Assembly: GCA_963761965.1 (NCBI GenBank)
Contig: CAVXIX010000013.1
Span: 84,880-148,879, forward strand
Direction of reading: 5' to 3'
DNA length: 64,000 nt
Source of the DNA: an uncultured Actinomycetota bacterium
GTDB taxonomy: Bacteria; Actinomycetota; Actinomycetes; Propionibacteriales; Nocardioidaceae
Part shown: one piece after another, positions 39,729 through 50,253 of the stretch
How the letters are laid out: each line of letters starts with the position of its first letter
Numbering within the stretch: the first letter of the stretch is position 1
Made by a program: the position numbers and the translations under genes
Notes under the pieces: generated by a model
Databases searched by the model: none
What the model saw: only the letters and a program-made list of their open reading frames with translations
What the model was told of the DNA's origin: nothing

Positions 39729-41130
39729 GTGGACGGGTACGGAGACGAGGACGACCGCGGGCTCGATCCACGCGCCCCCAACCACCCGAGCAGTCCCGCC
39801 TGGGGCGCTCCGCCCAGATCGCCGGCCGGGTCTCGTCCAGCACCGCACGCCTCGTCGCCAAGGGCAGCACCTCGGCCTTCACGGCGTCCCGCAGGTTCAC
39901 GCACTCCGGCGGTGCCGGCGAGAGCGGCCTGTCCCGCCTCCTCGAGCTCCACGCGTTCAACACCGCCGGCGACGCCGCCTTCGCGATCTCGCTCGCCGGG
40001 ACGCTGTTCTTCACGGTCCCGACAGGCGAGGCCACCGGCCAGGTCACGCTGTTCCTGGTCCTGACGATGCTGCCGTTCGCGGTCGTCGCCCCGCTCATCG
40101 GACCGTTCCTCGATCGCTTCCGCCGGGGTCGCCGATGGGCCATCGGTGCGACGCTCGCGATCCGGGCGTTCTGCTGCTGGGTGCTGGCCGGCGCGATCTC
40201 GTCCGACAATCCCCCGCCCTCGTTCTACTTCGCGGCGCTCGGCTGCCTCGTCGCCTCCAAGGCGTACGGCGTGACCCGTGCCTCGGCGGTCCCGCGGCTG
40301 CTGCCCAAGGAGTTCACGCTGGTCAAGGCCAACTCACGGATCTCCCTGACCGGCACGGGCGCGGCGGCCATCTCGGCTCCGCTGGCCGGTGGCGCAGCGG
40401 CGATCGGCGCCGAGTGGGCCGTCCGCTACGCCGCCGTGCTGTTCGTCGTCGGCACGATCCTCGCGATCCTGCTGCCCGCCCGGGTCGACTCCAGCGAGGG
40501 CGAGGAGCAGGTCGACCTCACCAAGATCGCGACCGGCGCCGCCAAGAAGGGCATCAGCATCTCGCGCGACGTCGTCAACGGGCTGCGCAGCAACTCGGGC
40601 CTGCGACTGCTGTCGGGCTTCCTCACGATCTTCATGGCGTTCACGCTGCGCGACCCACCGGCCTCGATGGGCTGGGAGGGCAACGCGACGATCCTGCTGG
40701 GCCTCGTGATCGGCGGCGCCGGCGCCGGCAACACGATCGGCACGCTCATCGCGTCGCTGACCAAGTCCCGCCGGCCCGAGCGCGTCGTCATCGCGGTGCT
40801 GGTGCTCGACGTCGCGGTCGTCGTCACGGTCGCGGTGTTCTTCACCTGGTGGACCGCTGTCATCCTCGGCCTGACGGTCGGGCTGTGCCAGTCCCTCGGC
40901 AAGCTCAGCCTCGACGCGCTCATCCAGCGCGACGTCGCCGAGCGGGTCCGTACGAGCATGTTCGCCCGGTCCGAGACACTCCTGCAGCTGTCGTGGGTCA
41001 TCGGCGGGCTGATCGGCATCGGCCTGTTCACGGTCGACGCGACCCCTCGCATCGGCCTCCTCGTGACGGCCGTCATCCTCGTCGCGCTGGCTGGCGTTCG
41101 TGCTCAGCCGCGCCAAGGGCCGGCCCGTCG
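39729..41130 (+). CDS. MFS transporter, Rv0876c-like (ends approximate)
   Basis: GAGESGL, LAGTLFF, TMLPFAVVAPLIGPFLDR, SKAYGV, FARSETLLQLSWV. Confidence 0.85.
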
Positions 41131-42050
41131 TCAGGCGAGGACGGCCGCAAGCCCGAAGAGCACGGGTATCGACAGCAGCGTGGTGACCGCGACACTGTCA
41201 CGGGCCAGTAGCTCCGACCGCTGGAATCGCGACGCGTAGACGAACACGTTCTGCGCGGTCGGCAACGCGGCCATGACGGTCAGGCCGAAGACCTCGTGCG
41301 AGTCCAGCCCGAACGCGAAGCGGGCCAGCACGTACGCCACGGCCGGCATCCACGCGAGCTTCAGGAGCGCGATCACGGCGATCTCCCGGCGATGCGCCGA
41401 GCCGATCGCGCCGCCGAACCGCAGCGACACGCCGTACGCCAGCAGCGCTCCGGGCACCGCCATCCCGCCGAGCAGGTTGATGGGTTCGCCGACGATCTTC
41501 GGCAGCTCGACGCCGGTCACCGAGATCAGCACACCGCACACCGCGGCGACCGAGACCGGATTGCGCAGGCCCGACAGCGCGAGGGCTCCGAGCGTCGGGC
41601 GGCGGCCGGTCGCCTCGAGGTCGAGCACCGACAGCGCGAGCGGCGCGTAGACGATGAGCTGCAGCACCATGATCGGCACCGCGAACGCCGCGTCGCCGAG
41701 GACGTACACCGCGATCGGGCAGCCCGAGGTAGCCGCCGTTGGCGTACGAAGCGGACAGCGCGCCGATCACGATGTGCGACATCGAGCGGCCGCGGCGACA
41801 GGGCCAGCGGCACGTAGACGACCAGCACCGCGAGGACGCTGAGCCCCGCGATCGCGAAGCCGACACCCAGGACGTCGGAGACGTCAGTGCGGGACAGCAG
41901 GTCGACCAGCAACGCCGGCGTCGCGACGAAGTAGACCAGGCGCGACAGGACCCGCTGCGAGTCCTGGCCGAGCACCCCGGCGTGAGCCAGGACCAGTCCG
42001 AGGGCGATCAGGATCCCGATGACCCCGAAGCCCTGGATGACGCCTGTCAG
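41131..42050 (-). CDS. AEC family (auxin efflux carrier-like) transporter (frameshifted; start uncertain)
   Basis: LSRLVYFVATPALL, YANGGYLG, MAALPTAQNVF, TTLLSIP. Confidence 0.85.
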
Positions 42051-42442
42051 AGCTCGAGCTCGGTCGCGACCGCGCGCAGCACCTGGGCGGCCGACTTGCC
42101 CTTCTTGCCGTCGGGGTGGCGACCGTGCCGATAGCCCTCACCGATCGTGTCGAGCAGACGGATGAGGTCCTCGACGATGACCGCCATCGTCTCGGGATCC
42201 TTGCGGCGCGCGTGCGACTGGGCCCGCGAGACCGAGGTGACCGGATCGAGGAGGCGTACCTGGAGGGCCTGGTCGCCCCGACTGCCCTGCACGATGCCGA
42301 ACTCGACGCGCGTGCCGGCCTTGAGCGTCGTGACGCCGTCGGGCAGCGCGTCGGAGCGCACGTGGACGTCCGGTCCGTCCTCCTGTGTCAGGAAGCCGAA
42401 TCCCTTGTCCGCGTCGTACCACTTCACTTTGCCCGTGGGCAT
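42047..42442 (-). CDS. Cold-shock domain protein with C-terminal extension (CspB/Rv0871-like)
   Basis: MPTGKVKWYDADKGFGFL...DVHV; C-terminal GRHPD...AQVLRAVA. Confidence 0.9.
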   Translation of the reverse strand: MPTGKVKWYDADKGFGFLTQEDGPDVHVRSDALPDGVTTLKAGTRVEFGIVQGSRGDQALQVRLLDPVTSVSRAQSHARRKDPETMAVIVEDLIRLLDTIGEGYRHGRHPDGKKGKSAAQVLRAVATELEL

Positions 42443-42487
42443 GGCGATGTCCTCTGGTCGTCGATGGCTGGCTGCTGCTGCTCCAGC

Positions 42488-43521
42488 CTAGTCGGAGGGC
42501 TTCGGCTCCGGCGGCGGCGGTGGCTTGGGGGTCCGGTCCTCGAACGTCACCTCGACGGACTGGAAGCCCTTGTGCCGCTGCGACTTGGCATAGGCCGCGT
42601 ACGCCTTCTGGTCGGCCTTGGTCAGGATCACGTTGTCGGTGAACGGGGTCAGCAGCGCGCGCGGATAGAGGTGGCGGCGCAGCACGACGTTGACCTCGAG
42701 GCCCAGCACGACCATGATCGCCGCGATGAAGATGAAGGCGATCAGGCCGAGGACCAGCGCGAACGTGCCGTTCATGTCGCTGCCGTTGGCCTCGGCCGAT
42801 GACCTCGCGGACGTACGTGTTGCCGATCCACTGCAGGCCCTGCCAGAGCGACGCCGTCACGATCGCGCCCGGCAGCACCGAGCGCCAGCCCGCGCGGCCA
42901 TGGCTGATCAGCCGGAACACGCTGACGAAGATCCCGATCGTCAGCACGAAGCCGACCAGCCGGATGACCCACCGCAAGGTCGACTCGAGGTCGGCGCCCA
43001 ACGCGTCGGGGTTGGCGAACACCGAGGTGGCGATCGCCAGGACCAGGATGCCGGCGCCGCTGATCGCCAGGAACAGGATGCTGCGCAGCCGCAGGATGAT
43101 CGGGTTGGCCCGGCTGTTGCGCGGCACCGACCAGGCGATGTTGGCGGCGTTCTGGACCGCCTGGCCGAGACCCATGGCGCCGTAGAGCGCGACGATCGAG
43201 CCGATGACGATCGCGGTGGTGCTGCCGCTGAGCCCCTCCGGCCGGCCGAGCTCGTTGCCGATGATCGGGAACTGGCTCAGCGCCGAGTCGAGCAGCTCGT
43301 CGCGGAGGCTCGGGATTGTCCTGCAGCACGAAGCCCAGGATCGACGAGCCGAGCAGCAGCAGCGGGAAGATCGCGATGAACGCGTAGTAGGCGATGATCG
43401 CCGCCAGGTAGGGGCCCTGGTCGTCGAAGTACTTGTAGACCACGGCGATCGGGAAGCCGATGACCGCGGTGCTCGCGCTGGAAGGCGTCCATCCGGCCGA
43501 TCCGGCGTGGGTCCGTGTCAT
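42488..43521 (-). CDS. YihY/BrkB family membrane protein (frameshifted)
   Basis: YKYFDDQGPYLAAIIAYY...FPLLL, GTFALVLGL, LYPRALLTPFTD. Confidence 0.85.
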
Positions 43522-43895
43522 GGCAGGTACGGTCCCAGCGCCGCGACGACCGCGTTGAACCGCGGCTCGTCGAGGACGGCACCCTCACGGCGTACGTCCG
43601 CCGGGTCGACCGTCAGGAACCGGTTGAGCCGCACCTCGCTCGGGCGGCCCGCTGGGTCCCAGGGCCCGGCGCCGACGTCGAACCAGAACCTGCCCTCGGC
43701 CGCTTCCTGCGTCAGGTCACGGTCATGGTCCTTGGAGGTCATCGGCACCGCGATGAGGCTCGCGCCCTGCCGAGCCACGATCAGCACGGGGCGGTCCTTG
43801 CCCTGGGTCGGATCGTCCTCGTACGGGACCCACGTCCACACGACCTCGCCTGGGTCCGGCCTGCCGTCCGGGTGCGGGTCGTACGCGATGTCCAC
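43518..43895 (-). CDS. PemK/MazF-like protein, no adjacent antitoxin
   Basis: PGEVVWTWVPYEDDPTQGKDRPVL...MTSKDH...RREGA. Confidence 0.8.
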   Translation of the reverse strand: MDIAYDPHPDGRPDPGEVVWTWVPYEDDPTQGKDRPVLIVARQGASLIAVPMTSKDHDRDLTQEAAEGRFWFDVGAGPWDPAGRPSEVRLNRFLTVDPADVRREGAVLDEPRFNAVVAALGPYLP

Positions 43896-43949
43896 GCGGC
43901 CAGCCTGCCACAGCGATCGCGGGAGGACGCGCAGGCCGTCGCGCTTGGT

Positions 43950-45545
43950 TCAGCTGAAGTCCGGGAGCTCGCGCTTCATGACCTTGCCGGTGGGGTTGCG
44001 GGGCAGCTCGTCGAGGAACATCGTGCGGCGCGGCACCGCGAACCGGGCGACGTGCTCCTTGGCGTACGCCACGAGGTCCTCCTCGGTCAGCGAGGCACCG
44101 TCCTTGACCACGACGTACGCCGCGAGGGCCTGGCCGAACGCCGGGTCGTCGACGCCGGTGACCACGACGTCGGAGATGTCGGGATGCTCGATGAGCGCGT
44201 CCTCGAGCTCGCGCGGGAAGACGTTCTCGCCGCCGGAGATGATCATGTCGTCGTCGCGGCCCGACACGAACAGCCGGCCGTTCTCGTCGAAGAACCCGAG
44301 GTCACCGGTGTTCATCAGCCCGTCGGCGAAGGCCTTGGTGTTGCCGTCGGTGTAGCCGCCGAACGGCATGTCGTTGCCGACATGGATGACGCCGGTCTCG
44401 CCCTGCGGGACCTCCCGGCCATCGGCGTCGAGGATCTTGACGAACGTACGAAACGGTGGCGTGCCGGCGGTGCCGGGTGCCTCGCGCAGGTCCTTGGGGC
44501 TGGCGATCGTGACCCACCCGGTCTCGGTCGCGCCGTAGAAGTTGTAGACCGAGTCGGTGAACAGGTCCATGAACCGGTTCGCCAGATCGCCGGCGAGCGC
44601 CGAGCCGCTGCTCGCGGTGACCTCGAGCGACGAGACGTCGGTCTTCTCGACCACGACCGGATCGGCGTCGACGAGCCGCTGCATCATGAGCGGCACGACG
44701 ACCAGGACCTTGGCCTTGTGCTCGTCGATGTCGCGCAGCACCTGCTCGGCGGAGAACCGGCGCCGCAGGACGTACGTCGGCGCGGTCGACAGCCCGAAGC
44801 CGAAGTTGATGAGGCCCCACGAGTGGAACAGCGGCGCCGCGAGGACGACCGTGGAGTTGCCGCGATAGGGAATCGCGCCGAAGAACGCGATGAGCGGCTT
44901 GAGGTCCGCGGGCTCCTCGCGTTTGGCGCCCTTGGGCAGGCCCGTCGTGCCGGACGTGAAGATGATGATCTGCCCGTGGCGTGACGGCTTGGGGTGCGCC
45001 TTGGTGGGCTGCCCCTCGATCAGTCCAGCGACGGTCGGGTAGGTCGACGGGGCGGTCTCGTCGGCCCAGCACAGGATGATCGTGTCGTCGTCGACGTCGG
45101 CGCCGACCTCGAGGAACTCCTGGTCGAGGATCACGAGCTTGGCGCCTTCACGCTTCGAGAGCTCGCCGAGCTGTGAGCGGCTCGCCATGGTGTTGAGCAG
45201 CAGCACCCGGCCACCGGCCTGCATGATGGCGATCAGCGCGATGATCATGTAGCGGTGGTTGCGCGACAGCACGGCGACCGAGTCGCCGGGCTGGATGCCG
45301 CGCTCCTTGAGCGCCTGGGTGAACTGGTTGATCTGCTCGGCGAGCTCGGACCAGGTCAGCGCGCCCGCGTCATCGATGATCGCCAGCTGCTTGGGGAACC
45401 GCTTGGCCGCCGCGTTGACCCCCGACGGCAGGCCGGGACCCCACTTGGCGAGCTGCAGTCCGGCGCCGATGAGGCGGTGCGGGAGGACCGGCTTCAACAT
45501 CCCGATCTGACGGAAGACCTTCAGCGTGTAGCCCAGCTCGTTCAT
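43950..45545 (-). CDS. AMP-binding acyl-CoA synthetase (FadD2/FadD12-like)
   Basis: FTSGTTGLPKG, FYGATE, TGDLG, GRDDDMIISGGENV, LPRNPTGK; intact. Confidence 0.9.
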   Translation of the reverse strand: MNELGYTLKVFRQIGMLKPVLPHRLIGAGLQLAKWGPGLPSGVNAAAKRFPKQLAIIDDAGALTWSELAEQINQFTQALKERGIQPGDSVAVLSRNHRYMIIALIAIMQAGGRVLLLNTMASRSQLGELSKREGAKLVILDQEFLEVGADVDDDTIILCWADETAPSTYPTVAGLIEGQPTKAHPKPSRHGQIIIFTSGTTGLPKGAKREEPADLKPLIAFFGAIPYRGNSTVVLAAPLFHSWGLINFGFGLSTAPTYVLRRRFSAEQVLRDIDEHKAKVLVVVPLMMQRLVDADPVVVEKTDVSSLEVTASSGSALAGDLANRFMDLFTDSVYNFYGATETGWVTIASPKDLREAPGTAGTPPFRTFVKILDADGREVPQGETGVIHVGNDMPFGGYTDGNTKAFADGLMNTGDLGFFDENGRLFVSGRDDDMIISGGENVFPRELEDALIEHPDISDVVVTGVDDPAFGQALAAYVVVKDGASLTEEDLVAYAKEHVARFAVPRRTMFLDELPRNPTGKVMKRELPDFS

Positions 45546-45603
45546 GAGCCACTCCCTGTTCGCGTGTCCCACGACGCTAACGCGCCGGGCTGAACCGGGG
45601 AAG

Positions 45604-45620
45604 TGTAACAACGAGTTACA
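45604..45620. promoter_or_regulatory. Palindrome TGTAAC-N5-GTTACA upstream of the acyl-CoA synthetase
   Basis: Perfect 6-bp arms about 60 bp upstream of the start. Confidence 0.45.
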
Positions 45621-45656
45621 GCAGCGGGCAGGGTCTGTGACCCATCCGACGGACGA

Positions 45657-47081
45657 TCAGTGCGCGCCGTCGCGGGCCAGCACGGCGCGGAACGTGCGGG
45701 CGATGATGGCGAGGTCGAGGCGGAGATTCCAGTTGTTGACGTACTGCAGGTCCATCCGGATCGACTCCTCCCACGACAACGCGGAACGCCCGCTGACCTG
45801 CCACAACCCGGTCATGCCCGGCTTGACGTGGAGGCGGCGCCAGACCCATTCGCTGTAGAGCGAGGTCTCCGACTCCAGGGCAGGTCGAGGGCCGACCAGC
45901 GACATGTCGCCCTTGACGACGTTGATCAGCTGCGGGAGCTCGTCCAGCGATGTCTTGCGCAAGAGGCGGCCGAAGCGGGTGATGCGCGGATCGTGGCGCA
46001 GCTTGAACAGCGGCCCCGCACCCTCGTTGCGGTCCCGCAGCGCATCGAGCCGAGCTTCGGCGTCGACGACCATCGTGCGGAACTTGTAGATCACGAACGG
46101 CTTGCCGTCGCGCCCCGTGCGTACCTGCCGGAAGATCGCCGGGCCGCGGGAGCCGAACCGGATGCCGAACGCCAGCATCAGCAACAGTGGCGACAGGACC
46201 ACGAGCGCCAGCGCGGCGGTCACCCGATCGAGCACCGACTTGGCAAGCAGCGACATCAGGTGGTCGTTGGGGGCCCGGAGGGACAGCGCGATCTGGTCAC
46301 CCACGCGGCGCGGCTTGAGGTACTCGACGTGGTCGTTCATGTCGGCGACCACGAGACACTCGACCTCCGCGCGCTGCAACGCCCACGCGAGGTGCCGAAG
46401 CGCCGGGGTGGCGAATGCCCGCCCGCTCGCGATCACGACCGTCGTCGCCCGATGTTCAGACACCGCGGCGAGGACCTCGCGCACGACCCGGGCGAGGCTG
46501 TCGTCGGACACGGCACCGGCTGGTGCCAGCTCGTGCGGCGCCCGCCACGAGCATGTCGCCATGACGTTGATGTCCTTGCGGTCGACCCACCGGGTCGCGA
46601 GCCGTTCGACCGACTCGACCTGGCCGACCAGGATCGTCGGCGTACGGCGCAGGACCCGGCGGTGGGCGAACGCCGAGGCGGCCGAGACAGCTGGAGCGGC
46701 CAGCACCGCGATCGCCGCTTGCCGGATCGTCATCGAGCTGTCGGTGTCGGCGATGAACAGTGCAAGGGCTGCCGCGCCGAGCAGCTCGATGAACCGGATC
46801 GCGGGCTTGTAGGAGCGGGCGCGCTCGTACGCCGGCATGGCCGCGAAGCTGTAGGCCAGCCAGACAGCGACGACCGACACGGCTCCGGTCGTCCAGGCGT
46901 CCGGAAGTCCGAACTGGCGATCGGCGAGGAACCAGGTCGCGGCGAGTGCGCCCAGGTAGCCGAGCACACCCGTACGCAGCACCGCCAGGGGAAAGCCACG
47001 CAGACCGCGGCGCGGGGCGCGGCGTGCCGGGAGCTCGGTCTTGAGGCCTCGCAGCGGCGTGGAGATGCTCATGACGGCCAT
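45657..47081 (-). CDS. Polyprenyl glycosylphosphotransferase (priming sugar transferase)
   Basis: YKFRTM, DPRITRFG, SLDELPQL, MSLVGPRP, KPGMTGLWQVSGR; N-terminal TMs. Confidence 0.92.
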   Translation of the reverse strand: MAVMSISTPLRGLKTELPARRAPRRGLRGFPLAVLRTGVLGYLGALAATWFLADRQFGLPDAWTTGAVSVVAVWLAYSFAAMPAYERARSYKPAIRFIELLGAAALALFIADTDSSMTIRQAAIAVLAAPAVSAASAFAHRRVLRRTPTILVGQVESVERLATRWVDRKDINVMATCSWRAPHELAPAGAVSDDSLARVVREVLAAVSEHRATTVVIASGRAFATPALRHLAWALQRAEVECLVVADMNDHVEYLKPRRVGDQIALSLRAPNDHLMSLLAKSVLDRVTAALALVVLSPLLLMLAFGIRFGSRGPAIFRQVRTGRDGKPFVIYKFRTMVVDAEARLDALRDRNEGAGPLFKLRHDPRITRFGRLLRKTSLDELPQLINVVKGDMSLVGPRPALESETSLYSEWVWRRLHVKPGMTGLWQVSGRSALSWEESIRMDLQYVNNWNLRLDLAIIARTFRAVLARDGAH

Positions 47082-47083
47082 GG

Positions 47084-48008
47084 CTAGATCCCCTTGCCGA
47101 ACCGGTTGGCGACGCGGGCGATCAGGCGCGGCGACATGAGCCGACAGGACACCAGCAGGCCCAGCCAGGCGCGCAGGTTGAGCGGTTGGGTCCGAAGGGC
47201 CGGTCGCAACCAGGTGCGAGCCTCGCGACGCTTGCCGGCGGCGGCGAGTGCGAAGCCGACCTGGGAGCCGATGCGCGCCGCTGCTGCGGGGTCCTCACGC
47301 AGCTCCGGATGCTTGTCGACGAGATACGTCAGCCCGGCGGCGTACTGCGACCACTTGCCGTAGAAGAACGAGTCGCCCGACCAGCGCACCGAGACCAGCG
47401 GCTCGTTGACGAGCCGGATCACCGAGCACTGCGAGGTCGTGAGCAGGACGTCGTAGTCCTCGCCGTAGCTGCCGGGCAGGTCCTCGTCGATGAGGCCGAC
47501 CGAGTCGACGAGCACGTCCCGGCGGAACACGAAGCTGCTCGAGTGCAGCCCGGCGATCCGGTCGCGCACGAGGTCGGCGTGGGTGACGGTGGTCAGGGGC
47601 ACCAGGCGCTCGTGCGTCGTACGTCCGTCGTCGACCAGCATCGCGGTGCCGACCAGTCCGACCTCGGGATGCTCGTCGAACACCGCCATCTGGGCATCGA
47701 GCTTGCGCGGCAGCCAGGTGTCATCGTCGTCGAGGAAGGCCACGAAGGCGTGCTTGGACTGGAGGATGCCGGTGTTGCGGGCGCCGGCGAGTCCTCGAGT
47801 CCGCTCGTTCACCACGCCGGTCAGCGTGCGGTTCGGGCCGGTCTCGACATCGGGCAGCTTCGAGCTCACACGCGTCGAAGACGACGACGATGTCGATCGT
47901 GCCGGCGTACGTCTGGTCGATGATGCTCTGCACGGCCAGTCGCATCAGCTCCGGCCGGTTGTGCGTCGGGACGACAGCGGTGACGGCCGGCAGCTCGGGC
48001 GTCGTCAC
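47084..48008 (-). CDS. GT2 family glycosyltransferase (frameshifted)
   Basis: VVPTHNRP, GLAGARNTG, FLDDDD, GEDYD. Confidence 0.9.
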
Positions 48009-48442
48009 TCGCCGCGCTCGGTCAGGAACGAACGCAGCATCGAGCTCGACGTGTGGCGCGTGTAGGGGAAGTAGACGACCTTGACCCCGAGCTCGCCCAT
48101 CCTGCGTTCGAGCCGATAGCCCTTGGGGGTGCCCTGCCAGTCATCACCCTTGAAGATCGCGTCGAACGGTCGCTGCTGCCACATCGCAGCCTTGTCCTCG
48201 GAGCGGTCGATCACGACCTCGTCGACGATTCCCAGCGAGGAGATGATGTCGATCCGCTCGTCACAAGGCACGACCGGCAGCCGCCCCTTGAGGTTGTCGA
48301 CGTACTCGTCGCTCGCAACACCGACGACCAAGTGATGGCAGTGGTTGCGTGCCCGGCGTAGCAGGTTCAGGTGGCCGACATGGAACATGTCGAAGACCCC
48401 GCTCGTGTAGCCGACCCCATACTTCTTTCGTACGTCATTCAA
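48005..48442 (-). CDS. Cytidylyltransferase, TagD-like (CDP-glycerol/alditol synthesis)
   Basis: GVFDMFHVGH (HxGH), KGDDW, YTRHTSSS. Confidence 0.88.
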   Translation of the reverse strand: MNDVRKKYGVGYTSGVFDMFHVGHLNLLRRARNHCHHLVVGVASDEYVDNLKGRLPVVPCDERIDIISSLGIVDEVVIDRSEDKAAMWQQRPFDAIFKGDDWQGTPKGYRLERRMGELGVKVVYFPYTRHTSSSMLRSFLTERGE

Positions 48443-48453
48443 AGCGCTTACCT

Positions 48454-49828
48454 TCAGTTGGTTGTGCCTTGGGAGAGCACTGAACCGAGCAAACGTGACG
48501 GGATCTCGACTGTGACGCTCGCAACTGCCGCGCGGACGCTGCCGCTGGGGCGAGCCACTGCGATCGACACCACGCCGGGGACACTGGCCTTCGTCGGCGT
48601 CTCCGGACTCGTCGCCGAGCTCGAGCCCTGGACTGAGCCGTTGACCGGTCGTGGCCGTGCGCCGGGTCGACGGCGGTGGCAGCGTCCGGGGCGACCGAGC
48701 GCGGCGGGAGCGCGCGAGACGCTTCTGAGAGCGGGCGGGCGGCGCGGTCGGCCACCGTGGCGACCCTCGCGCGATTCGCGTGGGGCGCCTCGGCCTGCAC
48801 CGTCATGGGATGGCGCGGCGGATCCACGACGTCGGCCGCCGCGGTCACCCCGACGACCGTTGCGGCGGTGACGGCGGCAACTGTCGCAGGCGGCGCCAGC
48901 ACGGCGACGACGGCCTTGCCGACCGCCACCGACGTGCGCGCTCAACCAGGTCCAGGCGCTGGCAGCGCCGGCGCCCACGAGCCCGAGGAGCGACACCACA
49001 ACGGCGGCCGACGCGGCGATCGTCCCGACCTGTCGGTTGACCTCCTGCAGGTCCGCGTGGATCGCCACACACTCCGCGCAGGTCTCGAGGTGCGTGCGGA
49101 CCTGGCCCTGCTCGCGAGCCGGCGCCGTACGCCGCACATACGCCGAGAGATTGGCGCGAACCTCGCGACAGTCGCGCGCTGGCGGCCGGTCCCTCGTGGT
49201 TGATGTGCTGGCGCAGATAGGCCTCCCGCAGCGCCGAGCGAGCCCGATAGGCCAGCGCGGAGACACTGTTGGGGGTCAGCTTGAGCATCGGCCCGAGCTC
49301 CTGCGGCTTGCGGCCCTCGACATCGAGGTGCCACAGCACGGTGCGCCATCGAGCGGGCAGCGACTCGTACGCTCCCCTGATCGCGGCCTGCTCGAACTCC
49401 TCCAGGTGACCACCACCGAACGGCACGATGGAGTCGATCTGGCGTTCGTCGTCGGTCGGCATGACCCGCTGGCGAGCCTTGGCCCTCCGGCCGGCCTCGT
49501 GGCGGACCGTGGTGAACAGGTAGGCGCGAAACGCCCGCTCGGGACCCTTGCCCCGACGGAACAGGTCGAGCACCTGGGCGAAGGACTCTGCGACGATGTC
49601 CTCGGCCTCCTCGCGGTGGCCGAGATGGCGGGCCAGTCGGTGCGCCGCGTAGGAGTGTCGCGTGAACAAGGCGGCATAGGCCTCGTCGTGGTCGCGGCGC
49701 GCCAGCGCGAGGAGCTCAGCGTCATCGAGGTCGTCAAGCGACAGCTCGGCGATCGACAGGTCGGGGACCGTCAGGCCGGCGACCGGCAACTCGGTTTCAG
49801 GTACAGCAGCAGTGGTGGTTTCCTGCAT
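48454..49828 (-). CDS. ECF sigma-70 factor fused to zf-HC2 zinc finger, TM segment and low-complexity tail (frameshifted)
   Basis: AEDIVAESF, FRAYLFTTVR, LPARWRTVLW, LAYRAR; C...HLETCAEC; hydrophobic AAVVVSLLGLVGAG. Confidence 0.85.
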
Positions 49829-49982
49829 GTGTTTCCTTCTTTTGGATGTCTGCGGCGGGCCAGATTCTTGGCCAGCCGCAGGTTGATCCCCCCCTTGCGG
49901 TGCGGGCAGCATTGCAGTATTCGAGACGGTACGTCCAGCCCACGGAAGCCTCGGCGACCTCTCAGCGCCAGACATGACATAC

Positions 49983-50007
49983 CGTCACATTTGTTACGCA
50001 TGTGACG
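49983..50007. promoter_or_regulatory. Inverted repeat CGTCACAT-N9-ATGTGACG with central GTTAC in the AT-rich divergent promoter region
   Basis: Three GTNAC pentamers at 9-bp period. Confidence 0.5.
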
Positions 50008-50182
50008 TTTGTGTTTGAGTTGAACTAATTCACGCGTAAATCGCTTCAATCAGGACGCCTGCCGGGCACTCGGGCGGAGGACTTTTGTCAAACTTGGGCG
50101 TTTGCGTGATTTAACTCTCATTTACTTTTTGTGGTCTGCGACGTCATATTTCCCGCGCTGGAGGCTCTATCTGTTGGGCCCA

Positions 50183-50240
50183 CCCGACCGGGGGGCCGCG
50201 AAACCTTCCGGTAGGCCTCCCGACCGGGGACCTGAAACCT
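50183..50240 (+). repeat. Direct repeat CCCGACCGGGG...GAAACCT x2 immediately upstream of the Wzz/Wzc-like gene
   Basis: Copies at 50183-50206 and 50219-50240. Confidence 0.6.
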
Positions 50241-50253
50241 CGAGGAAATCCAG

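Noticed and set aside
49829-50182. c-di-AMP or c-di-GMP riboswitch, or ops/JUMPStart element, in the AT-rich gap
   Set aside because: Consensus cores not found; CGGTAG near 50209 is too short to call ops
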